Of a stretch of 64,000 nucleotides of DNA, positions 1-11,527 are shown one piece after another. The notes beneath the pieces are model-generated. The model saw only the letters and a program-made list of their open reading frames with translations, was not told where the DNA came from and searched no databases. Position 1 is the stretch's first letter. Each line of letters starts with the position of its first letter. Source of the DNA: Vicugna vicugna (lineage: Eukaryota). A program made the position numbers and the translations under genes. The DNA lies in the NCBI GenBank assembly GCA_013265495.1, contig MU057640.1, positions 815,303-879,302 of the forward strand, read 5' to 3'.

Positions 1-394
1 TACAGAACAAAACAAATCAAAACCCTTTCCCTATCTTTCTGACCCTGCTCTAATTCCCTCCTACCCTCTCCCAATTCCATCTCCTGGCAAAGAAGTTTCT
101 TTTCAGTTTAGACACTGGCACTAAAAGAGCAGATGATGTCTGCCCCATGGACGACCCCCATACTGCCTGCATCTGGTAAAACGGTGGCATCGGCGGGATG
201 TCTGGGCTGGGGGTGGGGCTGATGGAGGAAAGGAGGGAGGATGGGGAAGCAGGAGAGCCTAACCTGACCTCCTGCCTCCAAGCCCTTGGACCTCCCCAGG
301 TACCCATAACCACCTCTACGTTAGCCTGAAAGCACAGCCTTACACCTGCTGATCAAAAGCCCAAGTCCAGAAGGATGTGCAGGTACGCAGTCCA

Positions 395-690
395 CTTGCT
401 TGTCATTCCAGACGTGGAAACTGAGGCTCGAAGAGGTGAGAAATACTCATAGCACCGACAGAGCTCTGTCGACGTGCGCTGTTCCATGCGCTTTACACAG
501 GTGAGCTCATGGGAGCCTCACAGCTGCTCTGTTAGGTACTACTGTGTGCACATTTTATGTCTGTTTTGTTGGTGAGAAAACTGCGGTACAGATTTGCTAA
601 GTCGTTCATCCAAGATCACCCGGCCAGTGAGTGGCAGAGCTGGGACTCAAACCCGCACCAGCTCGGCAGTCCATTCTCCCCACCGAGTCA
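395..690 (-). mobile_element. MIR SINE fragments
   Basis: Reverse-complement MIR core motifs: gaaactgaggctc..gaggt, and gagaaaactgcggtacaga..aagatcac..gtggcagagctgggactcaaaccc. Confidence 0.7.
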
Positions 691-1261
691 TCCTACCTCC
701 CCAGGAGTGATTTATTTGTAGTTGTACTATTAACATAGGGTGCCAGAGGGTCGAGAAGTCTCCAAATCCAGGCACACTACTGTCTGGGGAAGAAAAATAG
801 TAAACCCAAGGTCTTCAGCCTTGCTTTTTGCCCCTTCCCAGCGAATGCCAAACTGCCTTTCCAGGCTCAGCTACTCTCTTCTTCCAAGTGCCCTGAACCC
901 TGGTCAGGTGCCGGTTGAGGGAGGGAACAGATGTGAGCGAATAAATGAAGGAGATGAAGGGTCGGACCTTTCCAGGCCTACCGGCCGGCAGGTCCTCTTG
1001 TGGGCCGGGGATGTTTCATAGTGACATCATCAATATCTTGACAGATCTTTCCAGTTCTTTCAGAGCCTGGTGCCTGTCACCCAGCTCAGCTGGCAGGGGC
1101 ATTCCCGAAACCAGGACACTGGCTGTCGCAAGCCATTTCTCCCCTTTGCGCAGATGTCATAGTTGGTGCAATGCTGATCGGTCCCTGAAGGGTTAAGTTC
1201 TTTTGCCGGTGCTCACAGCAGTAGCCGAAGTGGTAAGTAAAAGAAATAAGATAAGGATGCT

Positions 1262-1475
1262 AGCCGCTAACATTTACTGAATGCTTACCATGCGCCAGGG
1301 CCTGTTCTAAGCATTTCACTTGCACCAGTTAACCTGTCTCATCCTTACAGTGATGGGGGTCTTCACACTGTCATTAGACCCCTGCTGTGGGCTGAGGCAC
1401 TGAGGAATTAAGACAGTCACACAGCTGACGTCAGAGGTTGGATTTGAACCCAGGAAGTCTGTGGTCAAAGCCCAA
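1262..1475 (-). mobile_element. MIR SINE, interrupted by an L1 and resuming at about 1898-1925
   Basis: aacatttactgaatgcttaccatgcgccagg..ggatttgaacccagg..aaagccc; resumes as gaagcccgagctcttaaccac after the L1. Confidence 0.75.
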
Positions 1476-1479
1476 CATT

Positions 1480-1897
1480 ACTTTTCCCTCAGTTTTTCTC
1501 TTCTATGTATTTTTTTCCATTTCTTAAAAATTGAAGTGTAGTCAGTTTACAATGTTGTGTCAATTTCTGGTGTGCAGCATGCTTCAGTCATACATATACA
1601 TACATGTATTCCTTTTCGTATTCTTTTTCATTACAGGCTACTACAAGATATTGAGTATAGTTCCCTGTGCTGTACTGGATACATTTGTTGTTTATCTATT
1701 TTATATATAGTAGTTAGTATCTATGGTATATTTATACAATGGAGCACTACTCAGCCATAAAAAAGTGAAATAATGCCATTTGCAGCAACATGGATGGACA
1801 TGGAGGTTCTCATTCTAAATGAAGAAAGGCAGAAAGAGAAAGAAAAATACCGTATTATATCATTTACATGTGGAATCTAAGAAAAAAAAAAGACACA
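1480..1897 (-). mobile_element. 5'-truncated, 5'-inverted L1 (artiodactyl/camelid-type 3' end)
   Basis: About 1530-1722 is an L1 3' UTR in antisense and 1723-1897 is upstream L1 sequence in sense. Both align to the L1 copy at about 48555-49040 in this window. Decayed T-rich tail at about 1480-1530. Confidence 0.85.
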
Positions 1898-2457
1898 GAA
1901 GCCCGAGCTCTTAACCACACCCTCTAGCTGTCTGGCGTGTTCAGAGAGGTTCCTGTTTCTTCCTGAACCTGGGTCTGGGGACCAGCGCCCCGTCGCAGGG
2001 AGCCGCTGCTGACTTGGGTTGTGTTGGCACCAGAGCCTGACGCCAGGGTCTGCTGCTGCTTCCTTACAGCCTCCTGGAGCTCCCCACAAGGGCTTGAGAT
2101 TCTAAACAGAACGACTTAAGTTTAACTTTTTCTGGGGGGGGGGTTCCCTTTGTACTTTGGGATTAACTTTATGAACTGAAAACACTTTGAGGAATTAAAA
2201 TGGAGAGAATCGAATTCACTCACAAAGCTGATGCTTGATGAGTTTTAGGGTCCGTCCGCAGTGCTGGCATATTTGCAAAACGCCCATTTGGAGCTGAGAA
2301 CAGGTGACAAGATGAAGAGGACGGAAGCCTTAATGCCTGTTGCCAGGGCTTGGGGTCCGTGAGGGATTAATATATTCAGGTCAATGTCTCGCAAAACTGA
2401 GTCGTGCGTACAGAACTCTCCCAGCGCTCCAGCCCTGGTTTAAATGATTTTTATTTC

Positions 2458-2740
2458 AATGTTGCAAGCATTGAACTAAGATTAAACTTCTTCTGCTTTC
2501 AGAAATAAATGAATGCACAACTAAATACAGAGACACAGTTGGGTGAAATTCAAATTAAGAAGAATTTGTTCCTGTGACGGATGCTGCTTTGCTGACAATA
2601 ATGTTGCAAGCACTGAACTAAGATTAAACTTCTGCTTTCAGAAATAAATGAATGCACAACTAAATACAGAGACACAGTTGGGTGAAATTCAAATTAAAAA
2701 GAATTTGTTCCTGTGACGGATGCTGCTTTGCTGACACTAA
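2458..2740. repeat. Direct tandem duplication, two copies of about 140 bp
   Basis: Copies start at 2458 and 2600 (aatgttgcaagca..tgctgctttgctgaca). They differ by a 3-bp indel and about 3 substitutions. Confidence 0.97.
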
Positions 2741-4514
2741 ATTGCCACCGTTGTGCTTCTGAGGTCAAACTACACACAACTGCCTTTTTGGTAGGTCATG
2801 AATAGCAAAAAGATGGATTTATGCATCTCATTTTTGTTGACTTCCATCCTTGGACTCTGAACAAGATGGACCCCCTCACTGGACTCTATATGATTATTCT
2901 TGTTATTATTTCAAAAATAATATGCTAGTTTTTACAATCAATTCAAGTGTACCCTGAAATACATGTTGAAAAACTTTGTTTCATCAAAATAAGAGTCGTT
3001 ATGTATTTGCTGCTGAGATGGTACGTGCCCCGATGGAACCCAGAAAAGATACCTGCTAGCAAGGTAAATCAGAGACCATGCCACGGGGCAGGGAATTGAT
3101 GACTCAATTCCCCCATCATTTTTGTCCTTCCAAATGACCGTGAAACTTCTGTTTGTTCAGCCTGCCGTGACTTCATCTGGCAGAAATGTACCAATCACTT
3201 AATACGCCCTTTCCTGTCCTTTAACATTAGACTGAGACACTTCAAGTTGTATGTGACTCTGATGTGCTATGTCTTTTCCTTGATGCCAAATCGATCTATT
3301 AACTGTTCTGAGAAACTAAACTTCCAGTCTATAAAAATGTCATTCAACTGTACCCATCACGGCAAAAGGGAAGTTTCACTCCTGCACCTGGTGATAGATT
3401 CCAACACGGTACAAAACAGCGCAAGACAGATGCTGTCAACCGAGTGACAGCCAGATACGCCTTTGCAAATATTTAAAGTTAAATGACGTCATTTAGATGA
3501 TGTCTAGGTTACCTGCAGGGCTGAGAACACAGGCACTGAACTCTCTCGTAGGTTGTATTAGGTCATATATATATATATATATGTTATGGTAGGTTAGGTA
3601 ATCATTAAGGTCATGTATATATATGATAAATATTAAAAAGATCATCAGAAAAATTGAAAACAACTATCATAAAAAATAAAACCACAAAGTTAAACATTAG
3701 TAGAACTTGCAAATCCTCAGTTCACCTGAGAACCACCAGGGGGGTCTGTAGAGCTTAGTATAAGTAGCCCCGATTTAATCTAAAACTGCTCAGTGCAAGT
3801 CTGTCTTCGTGATGGAATGACAAAAACAGACTCTCAACATTTCCTTTAAAGAGTAAGTGTCATTAGTGGATTACCCAGCATGAGTTGGTTTATTAAAACT
3901 GGCTTTAAATACAAAATTTTTGATGGCTTATCTTTTGCACAAAGCTAGAGCCAGTTCCTCTACTCTGCAGGGGTGTAGAGGGCAAGCCTGGCTGAGATCA
4001 GTCAGCAAAGCAACCCTGTGGTGTAAACCAGTTGACTGTACTGTTTCAAGCCGAGCACCCCCTGTTCCTACACTGGGCACCTCCAAGTCAACACAGACTG
4101 TGACACATGTCAGGTAAGAGCAGGACGTAAGCTGCGAAAAGAGCGATGGTGATGATGCTCTTGGGCTCTTGAGAGTCTGTGAGTGGCTCCTTTGTCCTGA
4201 GCCTCCACTGCTCGGGGAATTTTAATGTCATTGCATCGGAAAGGTCAGAGCACAAGGTCTGCTTCTAAAAGGAAGTAATGTGTCTTGACACAGGAGGCTT
4301 TAAAAGGAGGCTATTCCAGGTCACTGCCTGGGATGACACTGACTGTGCGGGGGTGAAAGCGGCAGGTGAGGAACACAGCGCTCAGTGGAGTGACAGGGAG
4401 CAGCGGTACCAGATGTCCCGGAGGAAGGCAAAGCTTTCCATAGACATCAGCCAGTGCAGACTCACCACTGCAAGGTCGTTCCCTGCGCGAGTGACAAGCA
4501 AAGACTAAGAGGGC

Positions 4515-4547
4515 CACACACACACACACGCACACGCACACACACAC
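4515..4547. repeat. (CA)n microsatellite, interrupted
   Basis: Seen directly. Confidence 0.95.
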
Positions 4548-7500
4548 CCCAGCACAGGTGGCACGGGGGGGGGCAAACCTGCACAGGACATACAGGAGAG
4601 AGCCCACATCATCTCAGAACTAATCAGTGCTCTGCCACGAGGGTTAAAGGTGGTCACCGGCCTTCAGGAGAGGAAGACCTTGGGCCTCATATTAGAACCT
4701 ACAGTACAGTAGGACATGACACAGTGCAAATCAGTATAATTAATCACGAACAGTATATAACTTTGTCAGGGTAACAAAAGAAAATTGTATACAGTTTTTA
4801 TTACCCAGTGAGATTTCAGTCATTCTCAGGAGTTACTTTCATGACGTCTGTGTTAACGTTAAGTGTGGACATCTAGACAGCATGGGCCCAGCTGACTATG
4901 AAATCGAGACTGGACGCCCTCGGTGAACAAAACCCAAGTGGGGTTGCTGCCCGCCTGCTGCCCTCCTTCCCGAACACAGCATTAAGGAGGCCGACGTCCC
5001 TGAGTTTGTGACCTGTAACCGACAGCCACCTTCATGGACGGTTAGTCTGTGAGTCTTGGCCCTGAAAGACTCAGGTGGAGACTCCTGTTATAGCTGCACC
5101 TCAGCTACAAGGAGAAAGCCGGCATGTCAAACACAAAAAAGCCCCAGATTGGAACCTGCCACTGTAGGGGGGGCTGTTTCCATCTTTGGGATAAATCTAT
5201 AGCTGGTGAGAGAAAACAGTCCCAGCCTGTGCTCGGTTCACAAACGATCACCTGCCTCTGCTCTGCTCCAGCCCCCGGTCACCTGCACCCACCCGCCTCC
5301 TCCACTGTCTCAGTTTCCACAGCAAGAAACACTCAGATGGGCCCGGTGAAGTGCTCAGCCGACGTTCTGCCAAGCTGCATTTTCTTTTGCAGTCCAGAGT
5401 CTTTTCCCCGGGCCTTTGGATCCATTTCGACGCCCCATTCACTCCCCCTCCCGTTTACTGGCTACAGTAACATGGGGATCTGGACTCACACGTCTGCAGT
5501 GGCCCGAGGACCCTGGAGACAGAAAGGGCCACACTGCCTGAAGGAGACAGCAGCCCCGAGGACCTGAGGTGACAGTCTGATTTTAGAAGGAAGGTAGGGA
5601 CCACAGTCGGAGGTGAAAGCCAGTTACGTTGCAGCAAGTAGAAAATGAAACCCCGTCCCCAGAGGACGGCCCTGGCAGTGACTCCCTCAGCTGAGGGGGG
5701 CAGGCAAGGAGACCCAGCGCCAGAGGGAGGCCGTGCTTTCCCAGACTCCAGTCACCGGGAGCTTCGGAGCGCTTACGCATGGTGACGTGAGGCTGCGTGG
5801 GCTAGAGGTGGCCACTATTTCCACGTGGTCACACCTGTGTGCGTACTCGTGCACATACTGCCTGCCACTGGGTCTGAGCTCTCAGCAGCCAGTCGCGGTG
5901 GAAGGCATCGCCTTACCGAGAGGGAGCTTAAGGCTTAGGTGATTGTCCAAGGTCATTGGTGGAGCCAGACCCTGAACCCAGTTCTGAAAGCCAGTTCTTT
6001 TGTCTGTGCTAATGTCCGTTCAGAAGTTTAAACAGCTGGACAAATGTAAGGGATTATTATTATTATTATTTAGTAGGCATTTTGGGTCAGTTTGCTATCC
6101 TTCTAAGAGTAGACCGACTAGTCATTTTTTCAGGGAAAAGGAAGGATGAAAATCACGTGAGAAGTTCCTCCTCTCCCTCTTTTCCACCCCCGCTTCCACC
6201 ACCCCACACGGTTTGGAGGCTCATGTACGGTAGATGGGGAAGGCAGCCAAGACCTTGCGGGGAGAAACTCCAGCCTCTCTGACGGGGGTCATCCATCCCT
6301 CTCCTCATATTCCTACTATCGTGACACACTCCCCTCGACCAGCCAAAAGCTGCTGACCCTGTTTTGAAACATCTCTGACTGTCAAGGATTTGTCTCTCTT
6401 ACACTGATCTGAAAGTCAGTTTCCCGGCCACCTCGTCTCACTGAGCTCAGCCCTCTTCCACTTCCTGTGACTCCCTCTCAGCTTTTCTCTTCCCTGGGGT
6501 CCCCAGTTCCTTTCACTGGTCTTTACGTTGGTAGATTTTCTAGCTACATTGCTCTGCTGGTCGCCGTCTCAGGGAGACACTGAGATTTGTCCTTCTTCTC
6601 TTAAAGTGGGTGCCTCCCCGTATCGACAGCGCTTCCGATGCGCTCTTGCTAAGTTGGAACACCTGGGGACTGTCACTTCGCTTAATTTAGACACTGTATT
6701 TCCACCTGTGGAAGCGATAGCGGGGTCAGCCCTGTCACTCTTCTCGGCCTTCATTCTGACTCATATGATAGACAAACTAGCTCTATAAACCACAAAATTC
6801 CATTACATAACATTTCATTTAATTTGATCCACAGCTGAGAGCTTTTAAAATTCTGCCATTTCGCCTATTTGTCATGCTTGCCCTTTGGGACCACAGACAG
6901 AGAGAGTCCTGCGGCATGCGGGGCTGCAAGCAGCATCTCTGCGTTTGTGGGGACAGCTCACAGGGCACCCTGGTTGGCAGCAGAGGGACTGGCAGCTGGG
7001 GTTCCCCTTACGGGTAAAGGGTCAATCTCAGGAGCCAGAATCTGGAGCTCAGTGCTGGTCCAAGAGAGAAGGAACACTCTGGCCACTGGTCCATCCAGAG
7101 CATATCAAACAGACATCAAACACCTTCCTTCAAGCTTCAGGCAGTATTTTTCCATCCTTCCAGAACTTCCATCCCTCCCTCGACATCATACCCCGAGGCA
7201 TCTTGAGGGAATTGCTCAGAATTGCTTTTAGTTTCTAGCTTCGAATCAGTCATAACTTTGATATGAATATTCTTCCTGTCTTCATTAAGTTCTTTACAAA
7301 GACTTGAACAAGTGTGGGTCAGAGAGAGGATCCTGTGCTCTCTCTCCTCTGTGCCATGTGTATGTCACTACGAATTAACATTCACTGTGTTATTACTCTT
7401 CACCCAGGGGTAAGTCCAACTTTACTATAAACCACCATTTCTCCAGCAATATTCCCAACCAAACTGTGAGAGAGGCCATCAAATATCTTCCTGAATCTGA

Positions 7501-7571
7501 CATACCTGAGATCTTTAACATGCCTTTTAATTTCAGCAATTTCAGTATAGATTCAATGATACACTATTTTG

Positions 7572-7810
7572 GGGGGAAGGAAAAATTAGGAGTTGGGGAT
7601 TAACGTATACACACTGCTATATGTAAAACAGATAAAAAACAAGGACCTACTTGGAACTATATTCCATATCTTGTAATAACCTATAATGGAAAAGAATCTG
7701 AAAATATATACATATATATCTGAATCACTTTGCTGTACACCTGAAGCTAATACAACATTGTAAATCAACTATATTTCAGTTTAAAAAAAGAAAAAAAAGA
7801 AATGCAAAAA
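7572..7810 (+). mobile_element. L1 3' end (artiodactyl type) with poly(A) and TSD
   Basis: ..gaatcactttgctgtacacctgaagctaatacaacattgtaaatcaactat then an A-tail. TSD atacact[a/c]ttttg at 7559-7571 and 7811-7823. Confidence 0.9.
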
Positions 7811-8124
7811 ATACACTCTTTTGAGCTTCTCTGGAAATTAAACATAATCTTTTTCAGCACTCCTTGATAAAAAATTCATGCAGGCCCACAGACTGACCTG
7901 GTTTAAAGTCGTTAAGTGTTGGTTTACTGTCTTGATCATTTTGGCTTCGTTTTGCCTTCAATTTTGTTCTTTTTTTTTCCAGTTAGATCATTGTCTTGGA
8001 TAGGAAAGATAAACATGAAGTAGACACTAAATTCATCTACTGTCTTGTCAAGGACTGTAAAAACTCAAACTCTTTAAGTAGTAAGTAATTCTGTCCCCTC
8101 TTTGTCCTTTTTGCTGGATATCTT

Positions 8125-8510
8125 CAATTTGTCTTTCCAGAATCACCACCTTTCTCCACCCTGCTCTGAGCCTGGAGAGGTTACCCTGATCAATGGGTCT
8201 CCTTGCCCTCTGGTTTCTGGTTGGATTTAGTGCATGGGAGGTAGCACCAGAGGGAGGTGGGAGAACAGAAAGACAGTGAGGTCAGCTCACTCCCTGCCTG
8301 ATCCCATGGGTTGGCTGGGGTCCACCACTGAGAGCCCCTGCTTTTGTCCTGAGTCCCTTCCCAAATCATTACCCTCATCAGGTTCCAACTTGCTCCATCT
8401 CTTGTCACTTTCTCTGTACTCTTCCCAGACCTTTTTAAAGTCTTTTTATTAAAATATCCTAGAATAGCAACAGTGAGCCATCAGCTTCCTCTGAGACCCT
8501 CATTCATCAC
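8125..8510 (+). mobile_element. ERVL-type solo LTR (LTR33-like)
   Basis: ccacctttctccaccctgctctg..ccttgccctctggtttctggttggattt..; ATTAAA; 3' end gccatcagcttcctctgagaccct. Confidence 0.6.
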
Positions 8511-9671
8511 TCTTATCACTCCAAATATCTCTTTTTGTTGTGGTTTTTGACCTCAGGATAGCTCACAAGACCCCAGCCTTTCTCAGCACTAGCCTATCTG
8601 AATACTATTCTTTCAGCTTTGGATACTCTATGATTATTTCTCCTTACCTTCCTTGCTCTGTTGCCTGTATCCTTCTAATATTTGCAATGTTCAGAAGGTT
8701 TCCTATGAAGCTTTCTGATTTATTTAGATACTCTCCCTTTTCTTTCACATTAGAATCACTTAGAAATCCCAGGCTGCCACAGAATCTTCGAGTTGGAAGG
8801 GACCTGGGAAGTCACCTGGTCAACCTCTTCTCATTCTCCATCCTCTCGTGTGGTCCCATCTCACATATCTAAAATCGTTTGTGAATTTTGCTCTTTATTT
8901 CTAGGAAAAACAGTTGTGATACCCTCACAAATGATGGAGTGGGTTGCAGTAATATGTCTTGTGAACCTTGCCAATTATCAAAGATTCTCCCATCTGCTAT
9001 GAAGCTCTTCAGGAGAACAAGCCAGAGCTGGGAAAGCTTACAAGAGACAGAGTAGAAATTATTCTTTAGGAGTTGATCCAACATGAAGCTGACAAGAAAA
9101 ATTTAGTTAACATGTCTCTCTACCCCTACTCCAGGAAACACATTATGGTTTGATTTTATAACAGGTGTTTGTGTTCATAATGGTATTTTAAAGTAAAGAG
9201 TTAGACTTTGGGGAGAGATAAGATAGCAAAGACTGATCATAACATTTCCCTAATTTAAGGATACTTAATCAAATGAACAATGACAACATCAAAATGGTGA
9301 AAACCAATCAAGCAGCAACCAAAACGGGAAAGGGACATAGAGTAATGTCGCATGCTACCAAAGTGGCCAAATCCTGCAGAGAAGCAATGGAGAAAGCCTC
9401 AGCCTACAATTGCCACCCCAGGCTAAAAAAAACAAAACAAAACAAAACAAAAAAAACCCTGGGAATTAGCATGATGTGGAAACTTTCCCCAGGAATCTGG
9501 AAAGGGGATAACTTGTCCTTCTTCTAAAGAGGCAGAAGTGGAGAGGTACGTGGGAAGAAACGAAGGTAAGAAGGTAAGTAAAGGATGGGGCTGATTTTCC
9601 ACGATGGAAGTGAATTTATAGTATCATCCCATATTCACACTTGTTTTTGGCTCTCTGGTCTGCCAAACTTC

Positions 9672-10411
9672 TACATATCTACACACATCAAAAGAACTTG
9701 AACATAGAAACAATACTGAGCAATTATGAGATTTATGGCTAGTGAAGAGACTCTGCACCATATCAAAATTGTAATTTATTTTTTTCTCTCTATTAAAATG
9801 CAAGGGCCATGATGGGCGAGGAGTTTGTCTGTTCTGTCTACAGTTTGTAGTTATAGGCCCAGTACCTTGCAAGTGCCTTGTACAAAGTAGAGCCTCAGTG
9901 AACACGTGCTGAAGGGAAAAAATGAGAATAAGCTGCAAAATTTGGGAGGAGGGGGGCTAGAGAAATGGGGGGCAGTTATCCTTCTTTCATAGCAGGGAGT
10001 CAAGTGATACTATAGAAAGATGAACCATGTAGTTAATAAAAATTTTACCACTACAATGTCTTTTATAATAATTTTTGTTAAGCACCTTTAGGGAAATAAT
10101 ATGTTGGGTAGTAAAGAAACACTTATATGAGGCTCAGAATTCTTCCAGTGTTACTTCAGTTTCCTTTGCTTCTGTACATAAGTAAAATTGGAGATATATA
10201 TATAAATTTTAAAAAGGGCTAAGAGTGTAATCCCAGTTTTACAGTTTGCTTACCTAGCCAGCCAACCTCTCCTTCCCTCTCTCTCTCGTGTATATGTATG
10301 TGTACATATTTATACACATTGATTGAACTTGAACATGGAAATGATACTGAGCAATTATGAGACTGATGGCTAGCGAACAGAATCAGCTCCATATCAAAAT
10401 TGTAATTTATT
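9672..10411. repeat. Dispersed direct repeat: 109-bp copies at 9672-9780 and 10303-10411
   Basis: Ungapped alignment by eye gives 16 mismatches in 109 (about 85% identity). Confidence 0.9.
9790..9930 (+). mobile_element. L2 3' end
   Basis: aatgcaagggccatgatgggc..gtgccttgtacaaagtag..ctcagtgaacacgtgctgaa matches the L2 terminus. Confidence 0.65.
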
Positions 10412-10439
10412 ACACATACACACATTGTTCGACAGAGTC

Positions 10440-10610
10440 TAAATTGATGTCTACCTGATGCTCAATATTGCTATTTTTGGATGGTGAGACTTGGAAGATT
10501 ACTTTCTTCTTTTGTACTTTTTCTGTAACTGTTGAATCCTTTACAATGAGGCATGCATGGCTTTTATAGATACAATACTTTAATTTTTCTTCAAATTAAA
10601 AAAAATAAAG
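10440..10610 (+). mobile_element. Old L1 (L1ME-like) 3' end
   Basis: ggatggtgagactt..ttttgtactttttctgta..tttacaatgag..A-rich end. Confidence 0.5.
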
Positions 10611-11239
10611 TAAGGAGATCATAAAAATAGATACTGGCATATTGTGTGACTGCCACAGATTGAAAATGTCCAATAATTTGATTTTATTTCTTTTAAAAGA
10701 AATAATGAATGATAATTATGAGGACAGAGTGTAGGCTGAATGTTGCTTTGCTAATTTACAAACGTTTTCTTAATCTGATTCACCATTTCTACCGTCCTTC
10801 TTTTTGAATTGGACTGTCACAGAGGCTCCTGGATCTAATTTAGCCTGAGCACGTGGCCGTAAGCTAGTCAAGATGGCTCCGTTTTGAGGAGACCTGATTG
10901 TTGGCTATTAAGGCTTTCCTGTAATTTACAGAATCATTGCAGAATGCATTCCACTGAACAATGTATTCCTAGACTTGTCTGTTTTCTTTTCTCTTTCTCA
11001 CGCAATGGGCCAGGTAAACTAACGTCCGAGTCTGCCAGGAAATGTTAAGACCACAGGTCACATGTGTTTGTCTCTGTGCTTTAGGAGTTTAAATGAATGA
11101 CGTAGCGCCAGTCTCATCGCCTGTCTTTATCAATAACCTACATCTTCAAAACCATCACATTCTTAGGTCACAGTAGAGAACACAGTTTTAATTTATGTTT
11201 CTTGTTATTTTTGACAGGGGATGTGGAAGGATATCCAGT

Positions 11240-11360
11240 GAAAAGTGATGAGTTTTGGGGTTAGGAGACTTGGGTTCTATTCCTTGTAGACCTGCTGGCC
11301 AACAGGCCTAACTTCTCTACCACTCAGCTTCGTTATCTAGAAACACAGAAACTAGACTGG
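11240..11360 (+). mobile_element. MIR fragment
   Basis: ggagacttgggttctattcct..ctcagcttcgttatctagaaa. Confidence 0.55.
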
Positions 11361-11361
11361 A

Positions 11362-11527
11362 TCCCTGGTCCTCAACGCTGGCTGCACGTTAGAATCACCT
11401 GGGGAGATTTACCAACCAGTGATGCCTTGCCTGCACTCACCGCAGGCTCTGGGGAGCTTGGACATTGGAAAGGCTGTAAAGCTATACAGGTGATTCTAAA
11501 ATACAGTCAGAGTTAAAGACCACTGGG
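11362..11527. mobile_element. MER5-family hAT-Charlie MITE
   Basis: tggtcctcaacgctggctgcacgttagaatcacctggggag..caggtgattctaaa..gagttaaagaccactg, with internal inverted symmetry. Confidence 0.8.

Larger units (their letters stand above)
6340..9130 (-). mobile_element. Fragmented L3/CR1 LINE with younger insertions
   Basis: Antisense CR1-type motifs such as cttaaagtgggtgcc..ggggactgtcacttcgcttaatttagacactgta..ctgactcatatga and cttcattaagttctttacaaagacttgaacaagtgtggg. Confidence 0.55.

Noticed and set aside
3500..3540. Possible recursive splice site ccctgcag|gtaacc on the minus strand
   Set aside because: Interrupted pyrimidine tract and a weak donor; cannot be told from background.
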